64,000 bases of DNA, from contig JAVLKG010000004.1 of the NCBI GenBank assembly GCA_032128875.1, forward strand, positions 704,405-768,404. Direction: 5' to 3'. Source of the DNA: Candidatus Melainabacteria bacterium 17Bon1m. Its GTDB lineage: Bacteria > Cyanobacteriota > Vampirovibrionia > Obscuribacterales > Obscuribacteraceae. A program made the position numbers and the translations under genes. Positions 50,927 to 60,368 of the stretch are shown one piece after another (the stretch's first letter is position 1; each line of letters opens with the position of its first letter). Under the pieces are notes generated by a model that saw only the letters and a list, made by a program, of their open reading frames with translations, did not search any database and had not been told where the DNA came from.

Positions 50927-51160
50927 TTACTTGACTATACCGAAACCGGAGAGAACACAACATACGAGAAACATCAGGAAGATGCCCCAGGTGAGCTTAT
51001 CGAGACCACCCTCAGCGCCGCGACGTCCGGTAAACATCGTGGCTGTACCGCCGATGCCTCCCATGCCTTCGCCTTTCGGGGCATGGAGCAGAACGAGCAA
51101 GATCATTATCAAACCAAGCACTGCTTGTGCCACAAGTAGTACGGTGTAAGCGACGCTCAT
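50927..51160 (-). CDS. secG: Preprotein translocase subunit SecG
   Basis: 77 aa, 2 TMs, LVLLHAPKGEGMGGIGG...F.....AE..L.K.TW (cyanobacterial-type SecG). Confidence 0.93.
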   Translation of the reverse strand: MSVAYTVLLVAQAVLGLIMILLVLLHAPKGEGMGGIGGTATMFTGRRGAEGGLDKLTWGIFLMFLVCCVLSGFGIVK

Positions 51161-51250
51161 CTATTGTTCTCCATCTGCTCTCTGCTGGTCTGTCGCAGTT
51201 TTCCCCTGGAAGCCTCAAACGCTGGACTCAAAGGGTGAATGCGATTGCAG

Positions 51251-51260
51251 ATTATAACAC
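51251..51260 (-). promoter_or_regulatory. Extended -10 promoter element for the secG operon
   Basis: Minus strand GTGTTATAAT (TGn-TATAAT), about 90 nt upstream of the secG ATG. Confidence 0.55.
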
Positions 51261-51291
51261 CCGTAAAAGCTGAGTTCGGTTTCAGGCTACA

Positions 51292-51436
51292 TACCTTTAG
51301 TTTTGCCTAATCCGCAGAAAGGGTGGGCAGACTGACCGAAATTCGAGGTTCAGAACCAGACCGAAACTGGTATTGCAGGCAATACCAAATCGTGGTTCTG
51401 ACGGCGAGTACAGTCACCAATCACCCCTAAAGGGTA
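51292..51436. ncRNA. Candidate structured RNA / cis-regulatory element, family not recognised
   Basis: Five compatible stems (four nested plus a side hairpin): 51294-51300/51427-51433, 51304-51309/51324-51329, 51330-51334/51411-51415, 51350-51358/51393-51401, 51368-51376/51379-51387. Confidence 0.4.
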
Positions 51437-51508
51437 CTTAGGAGCTTTCGATTTTTGGTATGACTAATATTAGGCGCGGCAAATAGATACGTTACGAGAC
51501 GAGGCGAA

Positions 51509-53482
51509 ATGTCTGGTAGTTCTGGCAATGGTTCGCATTTTCGAGCATTTGTAGTCGGCGGCAACGACAGCGACCGTAATTCGCTACAAAGGGCTTTCGA
51601 CAGCGAGAAAGCCGATTCGTACATGGCGCCGGTCGATCAGGAATGGACCGACTCGATAAGTGACTTCAGGGTAGCGAATTGCCAGGTCCTGTTCGTCGGA
51701 CGGGAAATAACCGGCAACGATCCTGAGTCCATACTCAAAAAGATGCTCAAGACAGTTCCGGACGCCCCATTGATCGTTTTTGGGGGACCAGAGGACGAGG
51801 AATATCGTCGCCGGTTGATAGGATACGGCGCAGTCGACTGCCTGGCTTCCGGTCGCTTGCGTCCCGAGTTTATTATGCGTGCTTCGATGCGAGCAGCCGA
51901 AAAGACGAAGGTCGAGCCCAAGCAAAACCTCAATCTGGTTCCACTAATCGGCAACATGCTCTTGAACATGAGCCTGGAAGGCGTGTTTGCCTACGACCTC
52001 AACTTCCGTATAGCACTCTGGAATCCGCGCATGGAGCAGATTTTCAATATATCGGCTATGGAAGCGGTGGGCAAAAGCGCCGTGGAAGTATTGCCATTTC
52101 TTGAGGATGTGGAGGAAGACGGGTTATTCATAGCCGTCAAACAAGGCAGAACAGTCAAACCACAAGAGCGCCCCTTTGTTCACCCAAAGACAGGCAAAAA
52201 AGGTCTTTTCGAATCCAGCTATGCGCCGATAACAAATGCGGAAGGTCAAATAGTCGGAGTTTTATGTCTTTTCAAAGACGTTACCGCCATGAGGGAAAAC
52301 AACCGCGGCGCCGCGCATTCTCCTTGGGCAGAAACTCCCTTTCCTTTGGCACAGACTCCATTTCAAAAGCTTACAGAAAGCGCATATACCGGCATATCGG
52401 GACCAATGGCCGTCGCTTCTAGCAAGGCGGAGATTGTCGCTTTCAATCAATCGCGCACAATTGAAAACGCGCCGATTGGGATCTGGAAGCTGGATACTAA
52501 CTTCTTGGTCACGAAAGTAAATCCCACGGTTTGCAAACAGCTAACCAAGCCGGAATCGGAATTGCTCGGGCAATCATTTTTCAAATTGGTCAATAGCTTC
52601 AAAGAAGATGCTTTCAAACAAGTCTTGGAAAAAGGGGAGCGCATCCATCTAGAGAATCACTTTGTGCACGCAAATGGTTCTCGCGAAAGCAATCCAATTG
52701 TCTGGGACGTGGCCGCGTGGCCGCTCAAAGGAGATAGCGATGAAATTGTCGGCGTTTGCTTGAGTACGATGGAGGTCACGGAAAGGCGGAAATTGATTCA
52801 ACAACGAGAAGACTTCGTTGCCACTCTTGTCCACGACTTGAAGACACCGCTGCTCGGTGCAGAAAAAACACTCGAGTCAATGATAAGTGGCCTGGTTGGG
52901 GATTTGGATCCCGGGCAAAGTGATGTCTTGTCGATGCTCAAACGTAGCAACCAGCAATTGTTATCTATGGTGCAAAACCTCATCGAGTTCTACCACTATG
53001 ACAATAAGACAGACGAAACAGTATTCGAAGAAGTTGACATTGCTGAGCTTTTGATGATTTGCGTGGATGAATTGTTTGCGCTTGCACAACAGAAAGAAAT
53101 TAAGCTGTCCGCCAAATTTCCCGACGGGCTGCCGCCTGTTCTTGCCAACAGACTTGGTCTAAAACGAGTATTTATCAACCTTATAGACAATGCCATCAAA
53201 TTCTCTCAAAAGGGTGCGCATGTCGAAATCAACGCCAAGAAAAAGAAAGACAATGTTGAAATTCGTGTCAGAGATACTGGACTCGGGATCGAAGAAATCG
53301 ACAAAGAGAAGCTATTTCAGAGGTTTTTCAGAGGAGAGAGAGGCAAACGATTTGCCGTTGGTACAGGACTAGGTTTGTACCTGTGTAAAAAAATCGTTAC
53401 CGACAACAAAGGCACCATCGACGTTATAAGCAAAGAGGGTCAGGGTTCCACCTTCATCGTCAGCTTACCGATAGCCGGCTAA
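51509..53482 (+). CDS. Cytoplasmic histidine kinase: pseudo-receiver, 2 PAS, HisKA, HATPase
   Basis: Receiver-like N-terminus lacking Asp/Lys; PAS (WNPRMEQIF; VNPTVC); VHDLKTPL, NLIDNAIKF, DTGLGI, GTGLGL. Confidence 0.92.
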   Translation: MSGSSGNGSHFRAFVVGGNDSDRNSLQRAFDSEKADSYMAPVDQEWTDSISDFRVANCQVLFVGREITGNDPESILKKMLKTVPDAPLIVFGGPEDEEYRRRLIGYGAVDCLASGRLRPEFIMRASMRAAEKTKVEPKQNLNLVPLIGNMLLNMSLEGVFAYDLNFRIALWNPRMEQIFNISAMEAVGKSAVEVLPFLEDVEEDGLFIAVKQGRTVKPQERPFVHPKTGKKGLFESSYAPITNAEGQIVGVLCLFKDVTAMRENNRGAAHSPWAETPFPLAQTPFQKLTESAYTGISGPMAVASSKAEIVAFNQSRTIENAPIGIWKLDTNFLVTKVNPTVCKQLTKPESELLGQSFFKLVNSFKEDAFKQVLEKGERIHLENHFVHANGSRESNPIVWDVAAWPLKGDSDEIVGVCLSTMEVTERRKLIQQREDFVATLVHDLKTPLLGAEKTLESMISGLVGDLDPGQSDVLSMLKRSNQQLLSMVQNLIEFYHYDNKTDETVFEEVDIAELLMICVDELFALAQQKEIKLSAKFPDGLPPVLANRLGLKRVFINLIDNAIKFSQKGAHVEINAKKKKDNVEIRVRDTGLGIEEIDKEKLFQRFFRGERGKRFAVGTGLGLYLCKKIVTDNKGTIDVISKEGQGSTFIVSLPIAG

Positions 53483-53664
53483 AAGCAAGGTTTGAGTGGC
53501 TCAAAGAGAGAGATTTAGTCCCCAAGGATGATCACCGAAAGTGTGACCTTGCATCGCCTAGTATTTATCACACTTCTAGGTACTTACCGCTTGATCGTGC
53601 CAATGCTATCTTAGAGGTAACGGATGCTATATCCGCTACCTGGTTCTTAACCTTGTGAATAACG

Positions 53665-55929
53665 ATGACTAGTGCAATGGACATCCAGGCGCTGGTGATT
53701 GGCGGTCCACCTATTGCAGTTCTACGTTCAGGCGGAGAATTCAACCTGGGTGAACCAATAGTTGCCGCGCACGTAAACCAGCTGAATGAAGCGTTCACCG
53801 CGCTGTCTAGCCGGTTTTACGACATTGTCCTTTTAAATGCACTCAATCTCGGCGCTCATGCTGAAGAAGTCATCTCACAGATAAACCTCGTCTCGCCCTC
53901 GAGCTTGATCATTGTTTTCGATGAAGACGAGAACGACTCACGCTCCGTCGAATTAATAAGGTATGGAGCAGCCGAATGCTTGAGCGTGCTGGAAAGCACA
54001 TTGTATGGTCTGCGGAAAAACATTCTAAAAGTTGTGGAGCGCAGCCAGGGAGGCACATGGCTATCCACGCAGATAAGTGAAACTCTGCTGAACAGTACAT
54101 TTGAAGGCACAGTTGTTTTCGATGAGCAATTGCGAATTCTTCTATGGAATCCAGCCATGGAAAGAATCTTCGAAATAGATAGAAACGCAGTCACTGGAAA
54201 GGTGATAGACGACGCTTTGCCATTCCTGTGTGAGATGAACGAGAAAGCTGAGATCGAAGAAGCACTTAACGGCAAACGCATTGTTACTAGAGAGCGATAT
54301 TTCTACAATCCTGAAACAGGCAAGAACGGCTTTTTCACGGCCTTCTACAACCCCATGCGCAATCGAAGGGGAGAGATTATCGGTGTTGTCGGCATAGTCA
54401 AGGACGTCACCAGCAGCAAGATGAATGAGCGCTCCTCATACGAGATGGCGCAGCGCATGGTAGCTCTGACCAACTCAAGTTCAAACATGCAGTGGATCAG
54501 CGACTCTACAGACAATCGAATTTTCTTCAACAAACGCTGGCTGGAATATGTAGGCAACGACATCGACGATGAGCGCGGCTGCGGATGGCGCCGTCATGTA
54601 CACGCAGAAGACTTGAAGCGTTATCGCGAACTAACCGAAACAGCCTTCGAAAGCCGACTACCGTGGCACATCGAAGTCAGACTGAGAGGAACAGACGGAC
54701 GCCACACCCGATTTTTCGAATCAGCGTTTCCGCTCTTTCTTGCCGATCAATCATTTATAGGATATGTAGGATATTGCACAGACGTTAATGGCGGGCGCAC
54801 AACAAATCCAAAACTGCCGGCACTGAATCCGAGCATGACATTCAATTCGCTCGAGATGTCACCGATTGGAATTGTCCAATTAGACAATAAAATGATCGTG
54901 CGACATGCCAACAAGAGAGTTTCAGACCTTTTCGGAATACCAGGAGAAGAGCTTATCGACAAGAAGATAAGCGACATTCTCGGTGCATTCGATATGACAA
55001 CGCTGCAAGTCGTTATCTCGCGCGGCGAGAGAATACAACTAGACAACCATCGCGTGATAATTGAAACAGAGCAAGGCGAATCGGTGCGTTATTGGGACAT
55101 CTCTTGCTGGCCGCAGAAAGACGCAGGCAACAATGTTTCCGGAGTTTGCATGAGCTTTATCGAAGCGACAGAGCGATACAACACTGTGCAGAAGAAAGAA
55201 GAATTTGTTGCCGCGCTGGTACATGACCTCAAAACACCCTTGATCGGAGCAGAACGTACACTGGATGCCATGCTCAAAGGAGCATTGGGTCCCGTAGAAT
55301 CAGGGCATGAGCATATGTTGACTGTTCTGCAAAACAGCAATCGATCGCTTTTGACGATGGTGCAAAGCATGATTGATGTGCACCGTTGCGAAAACGAATT
55401 TCTCAATTTCTCCTTGCAGTCGATGAAGATATCGGGACTAGTGAGAGAATGCGCCGAAGAATTGAGGGTCTTGTTTAGCAGCCATGGTATTCAACTCAAA
55501 TACATTCCAGACCCCAGCACGGAAAACGCACTTGTGATGGGCGACAGAATGGCACTACGGCGCGTCATTCTCAACCTTCTCGATAACGCTCTAAAATTCA
55601 CACCATATAGCGGCAAGGTAACAATATCGTTGAAAACAACGGAGAATTCCGTTCATCTGGACATAGCCGACACAGGAATTGGCATCGCTGAAGAAGAGCA
55701 AGAAAAAATCTTCACCAACTCATTCCAGGGAGCAGTCGGCAGGCAAGTAGGCGGCAGCGCAGGAATTGGGCTCTTCGTCTGCAGAAAAATCATTCGCGTA
55801 CATAGTGGCGATATTAAGGTAAGGCGCAATTCCGAAGGTGGCAGCACATTCACAATCGTATTGCCGCGACATCTCAAAGATAAATGCATAAACGCCGAAT
55901 CGCTCCACGGCACGGCGGAAATCAAATAG
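53665..55929 (+). CDS. Cytoplasmic histidine kinase: pseudo-receiver, 3 PAS, HisKA, HATPase
   Basis: WNPAMERIF, FNKRWLEY..GW...VH.ED, ANKR; VHDLKTPL, NLLDNALKF, DTGIGI, GIGL. Confidence 0.93.
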   Translation: MTSAMDIQALVIGGPPIAVLRSGGEFNLGEPIVAAHVNQLNEAFTALSSRFYDIVLLNALNLGAHAEEVISQINLVSPSSLIIVFDEDENDSRSVELIRYGAAECLSVLESTLYGLRKNILKVVERSQGGTWLSTQISETLLNSTFEGTVVFDEQLRILLWNPAMERIFEIDRNAVTGKVIDDALPFLCEMNEKAEIEEALNGKRIVTRERYFYNPETGKNGFFTAFYNPMRNRRGEIIGVVGIVKDVTSSKMNERSSYEMAQRMVALTNSSSNMQWISDSTDNRIFFNKRWLEYVGNDIDDERGCGWRRHVHAEDLKRYRELTETAFESRLPWHIEVRLRGTDGRHTRFFESAFPLFLADQSFIGYVGYCTDVNGGRTTNPKLPALNPSMTFNSLEMSPIGIVQLDNKMIVRHANKRVSDLFGIPGEELIDKKISDILGAFDMTTLQVVISRGERIQLDNHRVIIETEQGESVRYWDISCWPQKDAGNNVSGVCMSFIEATERYNTVQKKEEFVAALVHDLKTPLIGAERTLDAMLKGALGPVESGHEHMLTVLQNSNRSLLTMVQSMIDVHRCENEFLNFSLQSMKISGLVRECAEELRVLFSSHGIQLKYIPDPSTENALVMGDRMALRRVILNLLDNALKFTPYSGKVTISLKTTENSVHLDIADTGIGIAEEEQEKIFTNSFQGAVGRQVGGSAGIGLFVCRKIIRVHSGDIKVRRNSEGGSTFTIVLPRHLKDKCINAESLHGTAEIK

Positions 55930-55942
55930 ATTCGACGTTAGT

Positions 55943-56003
55943 ACTGTAGAGTCGACGCCATGCGTCGACCGCCTATGCCTACAGTCTTCGCCTTGCGTCG
56001 ACC
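55943..56003. repeat. REP-like GTAG-hairpin element, tandem degenerate copies
   Basis: GTAG-A-GTCGACGC-CAT-GCGTCGAC (55946-55969), enclosed by ACTGTAG/CTACAGT; a second copy with 17/20 identity at 55984-56003. Confidence 0.65.
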
Positions 56004-56017
56004 GTACATTAATGAAA

Positions 56018-57394
56018 CTATTTTTTCGAACTTTCGCTTAAATCAAGCAGGCGATCGTAGACCGAACCTGCATAGATTTTCTCTCCGACAGTGTATGCCA
56101 CCATTGTCGTCATTAGCAACGGCAACAATAAATTGAAGTCACGAGTGATCTCAAAAACAATAACAGTCGCCGTAATCGGCACTCGGGCGACCCCACTGAA
56201 AAACGCTCCCATTCCCGCCAGAGCAAATAAGTCGGGGGCATTCGAGGCACTTGCCCATTCACCTAATTCGGTGGCACCCAGAAGATATCCGGTAGCGGCG
56301 CCGATGGTAAGACTGGGTCCAAAAAGACCTCCCGGCGCGCCAGAAACATACGAAATTGTAGTGACAAAGAAAGAGACAGATAAAGCCGTCACGGCAAACT
56401 CCAGCCCTGGAGTGTGACCAATAATCAAATACTTTATTCCGGCAAAGTTATGCATTCCAACCGGCAAAAGGGTCACGGTGAGCCCACTGATCAAGCCTGC
56501 AAGCCCGATTGAAAGCGGGTAGTTTTGCTTGAATATTTTTGCTCGATAGGTCATCCCTTTGATAATCAACCAATTAAAAAATGACCCGAGCGCACCGCAT
56601 ACGATGCCCAGGATTATCAAATACGGAATATCGGCAAAATGAAAAACACAAGTTGGGAAGTCCGTGTGCGAAGACAAGTCCAAAGAATGATTCCCGAGTA
56701 AGTCCGACATCGTCGCAGCCGCAAAGCAAGCCAACCCTGCAGTTATTACAAACGTGCTGGATACTTCGCGAACCAATTCTTCAACAACGAAAATAACACC
56801 CGCTAGTGGAGCGTTGAAAGCGGCCGCAAGCCCTGCTCCCGCACCGGCTGCAATGAAATGTCTCTTCAACTTTTCCCCGCTCTTTAAGAGCGAGACAAAC
56901 ATGCCGGCAAGAGACGCCCCGATTTGAACCGTCGGTCCTTCACGTCCGAGAGGCAGTCCACAGCCTAAAGAAAGAATTCCTGCAGCAAGTTTTGCCAGAA
57001 GCGAGACCAGATTCATCCGAACCGGATGACCACGAAGAAATCCCTTTACTTGAGGAATGCCACTACCGGTAATTTCAGGTGCGATGTACTTGACGATTAT
57101 TCCGCATAGCACACCACCAATAAGACCGAAGAGAGGTAAGACCCAAACATTTCCCGATTGCGAAAGCTGAATTCTTAGCGCACCCAACCATCCGACTGAC
57201 TTGCTTAAAACAAAGGCCGCAGCGGCAGTAAGAATACCTACGGCAACAATTTCGACCACATTGATTGGTGACTGTTGTTTTGGTTTTTCAGAGGCAGTCG
57301 CAGCATCACCTTCCTTGGCGCCATCACCCGTAGTGCCCGGTTGACTTGGACGCTTTGCAAGTATCGACTCGAAGAGCCTGTTTAAACTGTTCAC
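56018..57394 (-). CDS. clcA: ClC-family H+/Cl- antiporter (no CBS domains)
   Basis: GSGIP, GREGPT (gating Glu), AAFNAPLAG..F..EE (inner Glu), GG.F.P, C-terminal Tyr (SVYD.LL). Confidence 0.9.
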   Translation of the reverse strand: MNSLNRLFESILAKRPSQPGTTGDGAKEGDAATASEKPKQQSPINVVEIVAVGILTAAAAFVLSKSVGWLGALRIQLSQSGNVWVLPLFGLIGGVLCGIIVKYIAPEITGSGIPQVKGFLRGHPVRMNLVSLLAKLAAGILSLGCGLPLGREGPTVQIGASLAGMFVSLLKSGEKLKRHFIAAGAGAGLAAAFNAPLAGVIFVVEELVREVSSTFVITAGLACFAAATMSDLLGNHSLDLSSHTDFPTCVFHFADIPYLIILGIVCGALGSFFNWLIIKGMTYRAKIFKQNYPLSIGLAGLISGLTVTLLPVGMHNFAGIKYLIIGHTPGLEFAVTALSVSFFVTTISYVSGAPGGLFGPSLTIGAATGYLLGATELGEWASASNAPDLFALAGMGAFFSGVARVPITATVIVFEITRDFNLLLPLLMTTMVAYTVGEKIYAGSVYDRLLDLSESSKK

Positions 57395-57418
57395 TTCTAA
57401 AACCGCTTTATTGCCGTG

Positions 57419-57856
57419 TCAAGCTGACGGCGGGGGCTCTTTTCTATCGAGGAATTTCTGCAAAATAATCGCTGCCGCTTGCATATCGTCCAGCTCTTTG
57501 CCTTTGTTTGCCTTGAAGCCTTGAACAGTCAACGTACGAATTGTAGAAATCGTAGTGAGACGTTCGTCTTCGTAAACAATCGGCAAACCGGTCACCTGTG
57601 CAAGTTTGCGCCCAAAGGCTCTGATCTTCTCCACAGGCGATGAGTCCGAGCCATCAAAACTCTGGGGAAAACCAAGCACGATTTCAACAGCACCGTGGCG
57701 TTCGGCGATCTGTTTTACAGCTTCTAAATCTTCAGCCAAATTGACCCGCTGAATTGCTTCGATTCCGGCAGCCGTAGTGCCGAGGGGGTCCGATATAGCT
57801 ACTCCAATTCTGGCGTCACCAATGTCAAGACCGATAATTCGTGGTTTGTGGCTCAT
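57419..57856 (-). CDS. ruvX: YqgF/RuvX pre-16S rRNA nuclease (Holliday-junction-resolvase-like)
   Basis: IGLDIGDARIGVAISD, VLGFP, DERLTT, AA.IILQ.FLD. Confidence 0.92.
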   Translation of the reverse strand: MSHKPRIIGLDIGDARIGVAISDPLGTTAAGIEAIQRVNLAEDLEAVKQIAERHGAVEIVLGFPQSFDGSDSSPVEKIRAFGRKLAQVTGLPIVYEDERLTTISTIRTLTVQGFKANKGKELDDMQAAAIILQKFLDRKEPPPSA

Positions 57857-57947
57857 TTGAACATATTACTGGACCCGGGGCGCCGACGGAATGAAGAAGC
57901 ATCTAACCAGGGATGACGAGGACCCATCTCAGGTAGAATATGCCGTC

Positions 57948-58454
57948 ATGAAAATCTATTTGATGAGACATGCAACTGCGGTCGAACGTTTGGGCGGAGC
58001 AATCCTGAATGATTCTCAACGTCCACTTACTGACGATGGACGCGCCGAAACCAAAATGATCGCAAATGCCTTGAAACGGCTCAACGCGAAACCGACCCTG
58101 GTTGTAAGCAGCCCTCTGACACGCGCACGCCAGACAGCGGAAATTATTCACTCTGTGCTCGGCACCGAGACTGAATTGAAGGTTGCGGACGGACTGGCGC
58201 CTGGTGGCACTTCAAGCGAAGTGTTCAAAAATCTGAAGAAGCTGCCGCCATTCGAAGATATTTTCATGGTCGGTCACGAACCTGATATCGGAAGATTGGC
58301 TGCCGATTTGATGATGGCTGGACCAGAAGTCATGATTCCATTCAAAAAAGCCGCAGTGATACGTGTGGATGTGCAAGACTTGCCACCATCCTGGCCTGGC
58401 ACATTGAAGTGGTTCTTGAATCCAAAAGTCGCAAACTTGATCGGCGCCAAGTAA
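57948..58454 (+). CDS. sixA: Phosphohistidine phosphatase SixA
   Basis: MKIYLMRHA.A, D..RPLT..G, SSPLTRARQTAEI, VGHEPD, FKKA. ATG 57948 preferred. Confidence 0.92.
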   Translation: MKIYLMRHATAVERLGGAILNDSQRPLTDDGRAETKMIANALKRLNAKPTLVVSSPLTRARQTAEIIHSVLGTETELKVADGLAPGGTSSEVFKNLKKLPPFEDIFMVGHEPDIGRLAADLMMAGPEVMIPFKKAAVIRVDVQDLPPSWPGTLKWFLNPKVANLIGAK

Positions 58455-58501
58455 TCTTCAGTTCAAAGCAGCATTAGATTCCCAAGAGCGCAAAAGCGGC
58501 T

Positions 58502-59002
58502 CTACTCGTAGCGCTTGCCGTTGAAGTCAATATAACCGCCCTTGTGATTGGGGGAATCTGTGTGGTGCGTCCAGTGGATCAAACCACCTTTTGGGTTCCA
58601 AATAAATTCACCACAAACAGTCACCGTGTCGCCTGCTTGCAGCGGAACATATGGCGCCATCTTGGTATTGTGCGCCACCAAAACGGTTGATCCGTTAGAA
58701 AGCAAGAGCAAAAACTTTTCGTGCGGCAGCCCCCGGTCATCATACTTGAGCAATTTCATGACGGGCGCCGTCACTGTCACCGGCACTTTAACCAACTGCA
58801 ACTGCTGAGCGCGAATGGCTTCAGCATCACCCAAACTTGCTTGGGCAGCAGCATAAGAAGTTTGCCCCTGCTGATTTGCCACAGGATTTTGCGCCTGAGC
58901 GCAGCCTGTGACGACTATGCAGCAAGCAACCAGGGCGGTGAATCCGACAAAGAAACTACGAGTTTTGTGCAAAAACGCGCTAAACATGGAATTTTGCTTC
59001 AA
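58502..59002 (-). CDS. DUF3465-family exported/lipoprotein
   Basis: Lipobox-like VTGC; V.KLL..D..G..H..F.L.L..G.TVLVAHN...AP, GE..WN.KGG.IHWTH. Confidence 0.8.
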   Translation of the reverse strand: MKQNSMFSAFLHKTRSFFVGFTALVACCIVVTGCAQAQNPVANQQGQTSYAAAQASLGDAEAIRAQQLQLVKVPVTVTAPVMKLLKYDDRGLPHEKFLLLLSNGSTVLVAHNTKMAPYVPLQAGDTVTVCGEFIWNPKGGLIHWTHHTDSPNHKGGYIDFNGKRYE

Positions 59003-59237
59003 TCTGTATGCACCTCATGTACGGTCACGATTGCCTGTATATTGCCTGCCTAGCGGTCATATGGCGATTTGCGATAACTGCTCTTCAGCGTGAAACAGCG
59101 GTCCTGTGGTATATAGTGAGCAGCACAGATTATAAGCGTATGCTTAAAGCCCAGTGTAATTGGTGTTTCTCACTACGGAACTAATATAACCGTTCGAGAG
59201 TCGCAAATAATTACCCTAGAGGGAGTGTCGGAAACCA

Positions 59238-60338
59238 ATGTTGTCTTCCATTTACCTTACAGGCGGAACAATCGACCACAACGAATTGGTTAGCCAAGGT
59301 GCTGAATTCGATTGGCGCTCGATTGCGATGAATAAATTGAGGAAGTACGGTCTTAAGGTCGTCAATCCTCTGGAATTTGCTTATTCCGATCTGGCAGCGT
59401 TCGAGCAACTGGAAGGCGTCGAGCTTCTCAACGACACAACAGAGCAAAAAGTAAAACGGGCGCTCGATTTGATCGACCAATGCGACGCACTGCTCGCCAA
59501 TCTGCATCGCCCAAGCTATGCCGCAGCGATGGAAATCTTCTACGCGCATAGAACCGGCAAAATGGTCACCGTCGTTGGCAATTCACCATTCAGCCCCTGG
59601 GTGCTTTCTCACTCGCAAGCTCGTTTTGGCGACATCGACATGGCAATCAACTACTTGCTTGAAGAGCAGCCACACGCGTCGCCACTGCTCTGGGCACTGA
59701 ATTACGAGAGCAACATCGCCGAGCGCTACGAGCAATTCCCCAGCGCTGGCGAGCCTGACTATCAGTTTGTCGGCGGTGATTTACCTGTCTTGGTTATGGC
59801 TCCACACGCCACTGCCTACTGGCGCGAAGGCGAGTTTCAAGAGCCGGATTCATATACAGGCAGCCTCGCCACTTTGTTGCACAGAACAAGCGGCTGTCAT
59901 GCGTTGACCACAAATTATTGTTGCGTCGCTGACCCTTGCTTCTATTTAGAAACACCATTCAGACGGGCTCTTGCCGACATCGTCAAAACTGGACAAGTGG
60001 GTCTTGTAGTAATGCTGGTCGGAGCATCATGGCATCAAGCACCTGGTCTGCAGCTGTTCACGGCGGGTCCAAATCAGTCAGTCAATGATGATTATCTGAA
60101 TAGACTGAGGCTCTCGCTTTCATCGCTTGAGCCTGTAGCAACTGATTCTTTCGATTATGCACAAAGACCCATCGTTGATTTTATTACCGAAGAATTAGCA
60201 GTGCCGCTCGTAGTTGTGAAAATGCACAAGCGCTACCGCATGCCGCGATTGCAACCGGATGGCTTCAGGCGAATTGCAGAGTTGCTTGGCGAATTTATCA
60301 ATGAAGCCGGCACTGAATTATTGAAAGACCGCAGTTAG
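59238..60338 (+). CDS. Nucleoside 2-deoxyribosyltransferase-like domain fused to an N-formylglutamate-amidohydrolase-like domain
   Basis: N: IYLTG, DWR, VNPL, I.QCD.LLA, S....MEI.YA...GK. C: VLVMAPHA, D.YTG.LA, DP......F...L. Confidence 0.6.
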   Translation: MLSSIYLTGGTIDHNELVSQGAEFDWRSIAMNKLRKYGLKVVNPLEFAYSDLAAFEQLEGVELLNDTTEQKVKRALDLIDQCDALLANLHRPSYAAAMEIFYAHRTGKMVTVVGNSPFSPWVLSHSQARFGDIDMAINYLLEEQPHASPLLWALNYESNIAERYEQFPSAGEPDYQFVGGDLPVLVMAPHATAYWREGEFQEPDSYTGSLATLLHRTSGCHALTTNYCCVADPCFYLETPFRRALADIVKTGQVGLVVMLVGASWHQAPGLQLFTAGPNQSVNDDYLNRLRLSLSSLEPVATDSFDYAQRPIVDFITEELAVPLVVVKMHKRYRMPRLQPDGFRRIAELLGEFINEAGTELLKDRS

Positions 60339-60368
60339 ATACCAGCGAGCAGGAGACAGAATCAGCTG

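Noticed and set aside
47120..51160. secG-menG-lpxB-msbA operon with 16-19 nt overlaps
   Set aside because: Ordinary housekeeping genes; the overlaps reflect compact operon structure or start-codon uncertainty.
51300..51420. Fragments resembling group I intron (TAATCCGCAG, GTTCAGA), glmS ribozyme or FMN riboswitch motifs
   Set aside because: The required pairings and conserved cores are incomplete; kept only as an unclassified structured element.
59090..59175. Cloverleaf-like set of short stems between the DUF3465 and NDT-like genes
   Set aside because: No tRNA T-loop, D-loop or CCA. The stems are only 4-5 bp and overlap probable divergent -10 boxes.
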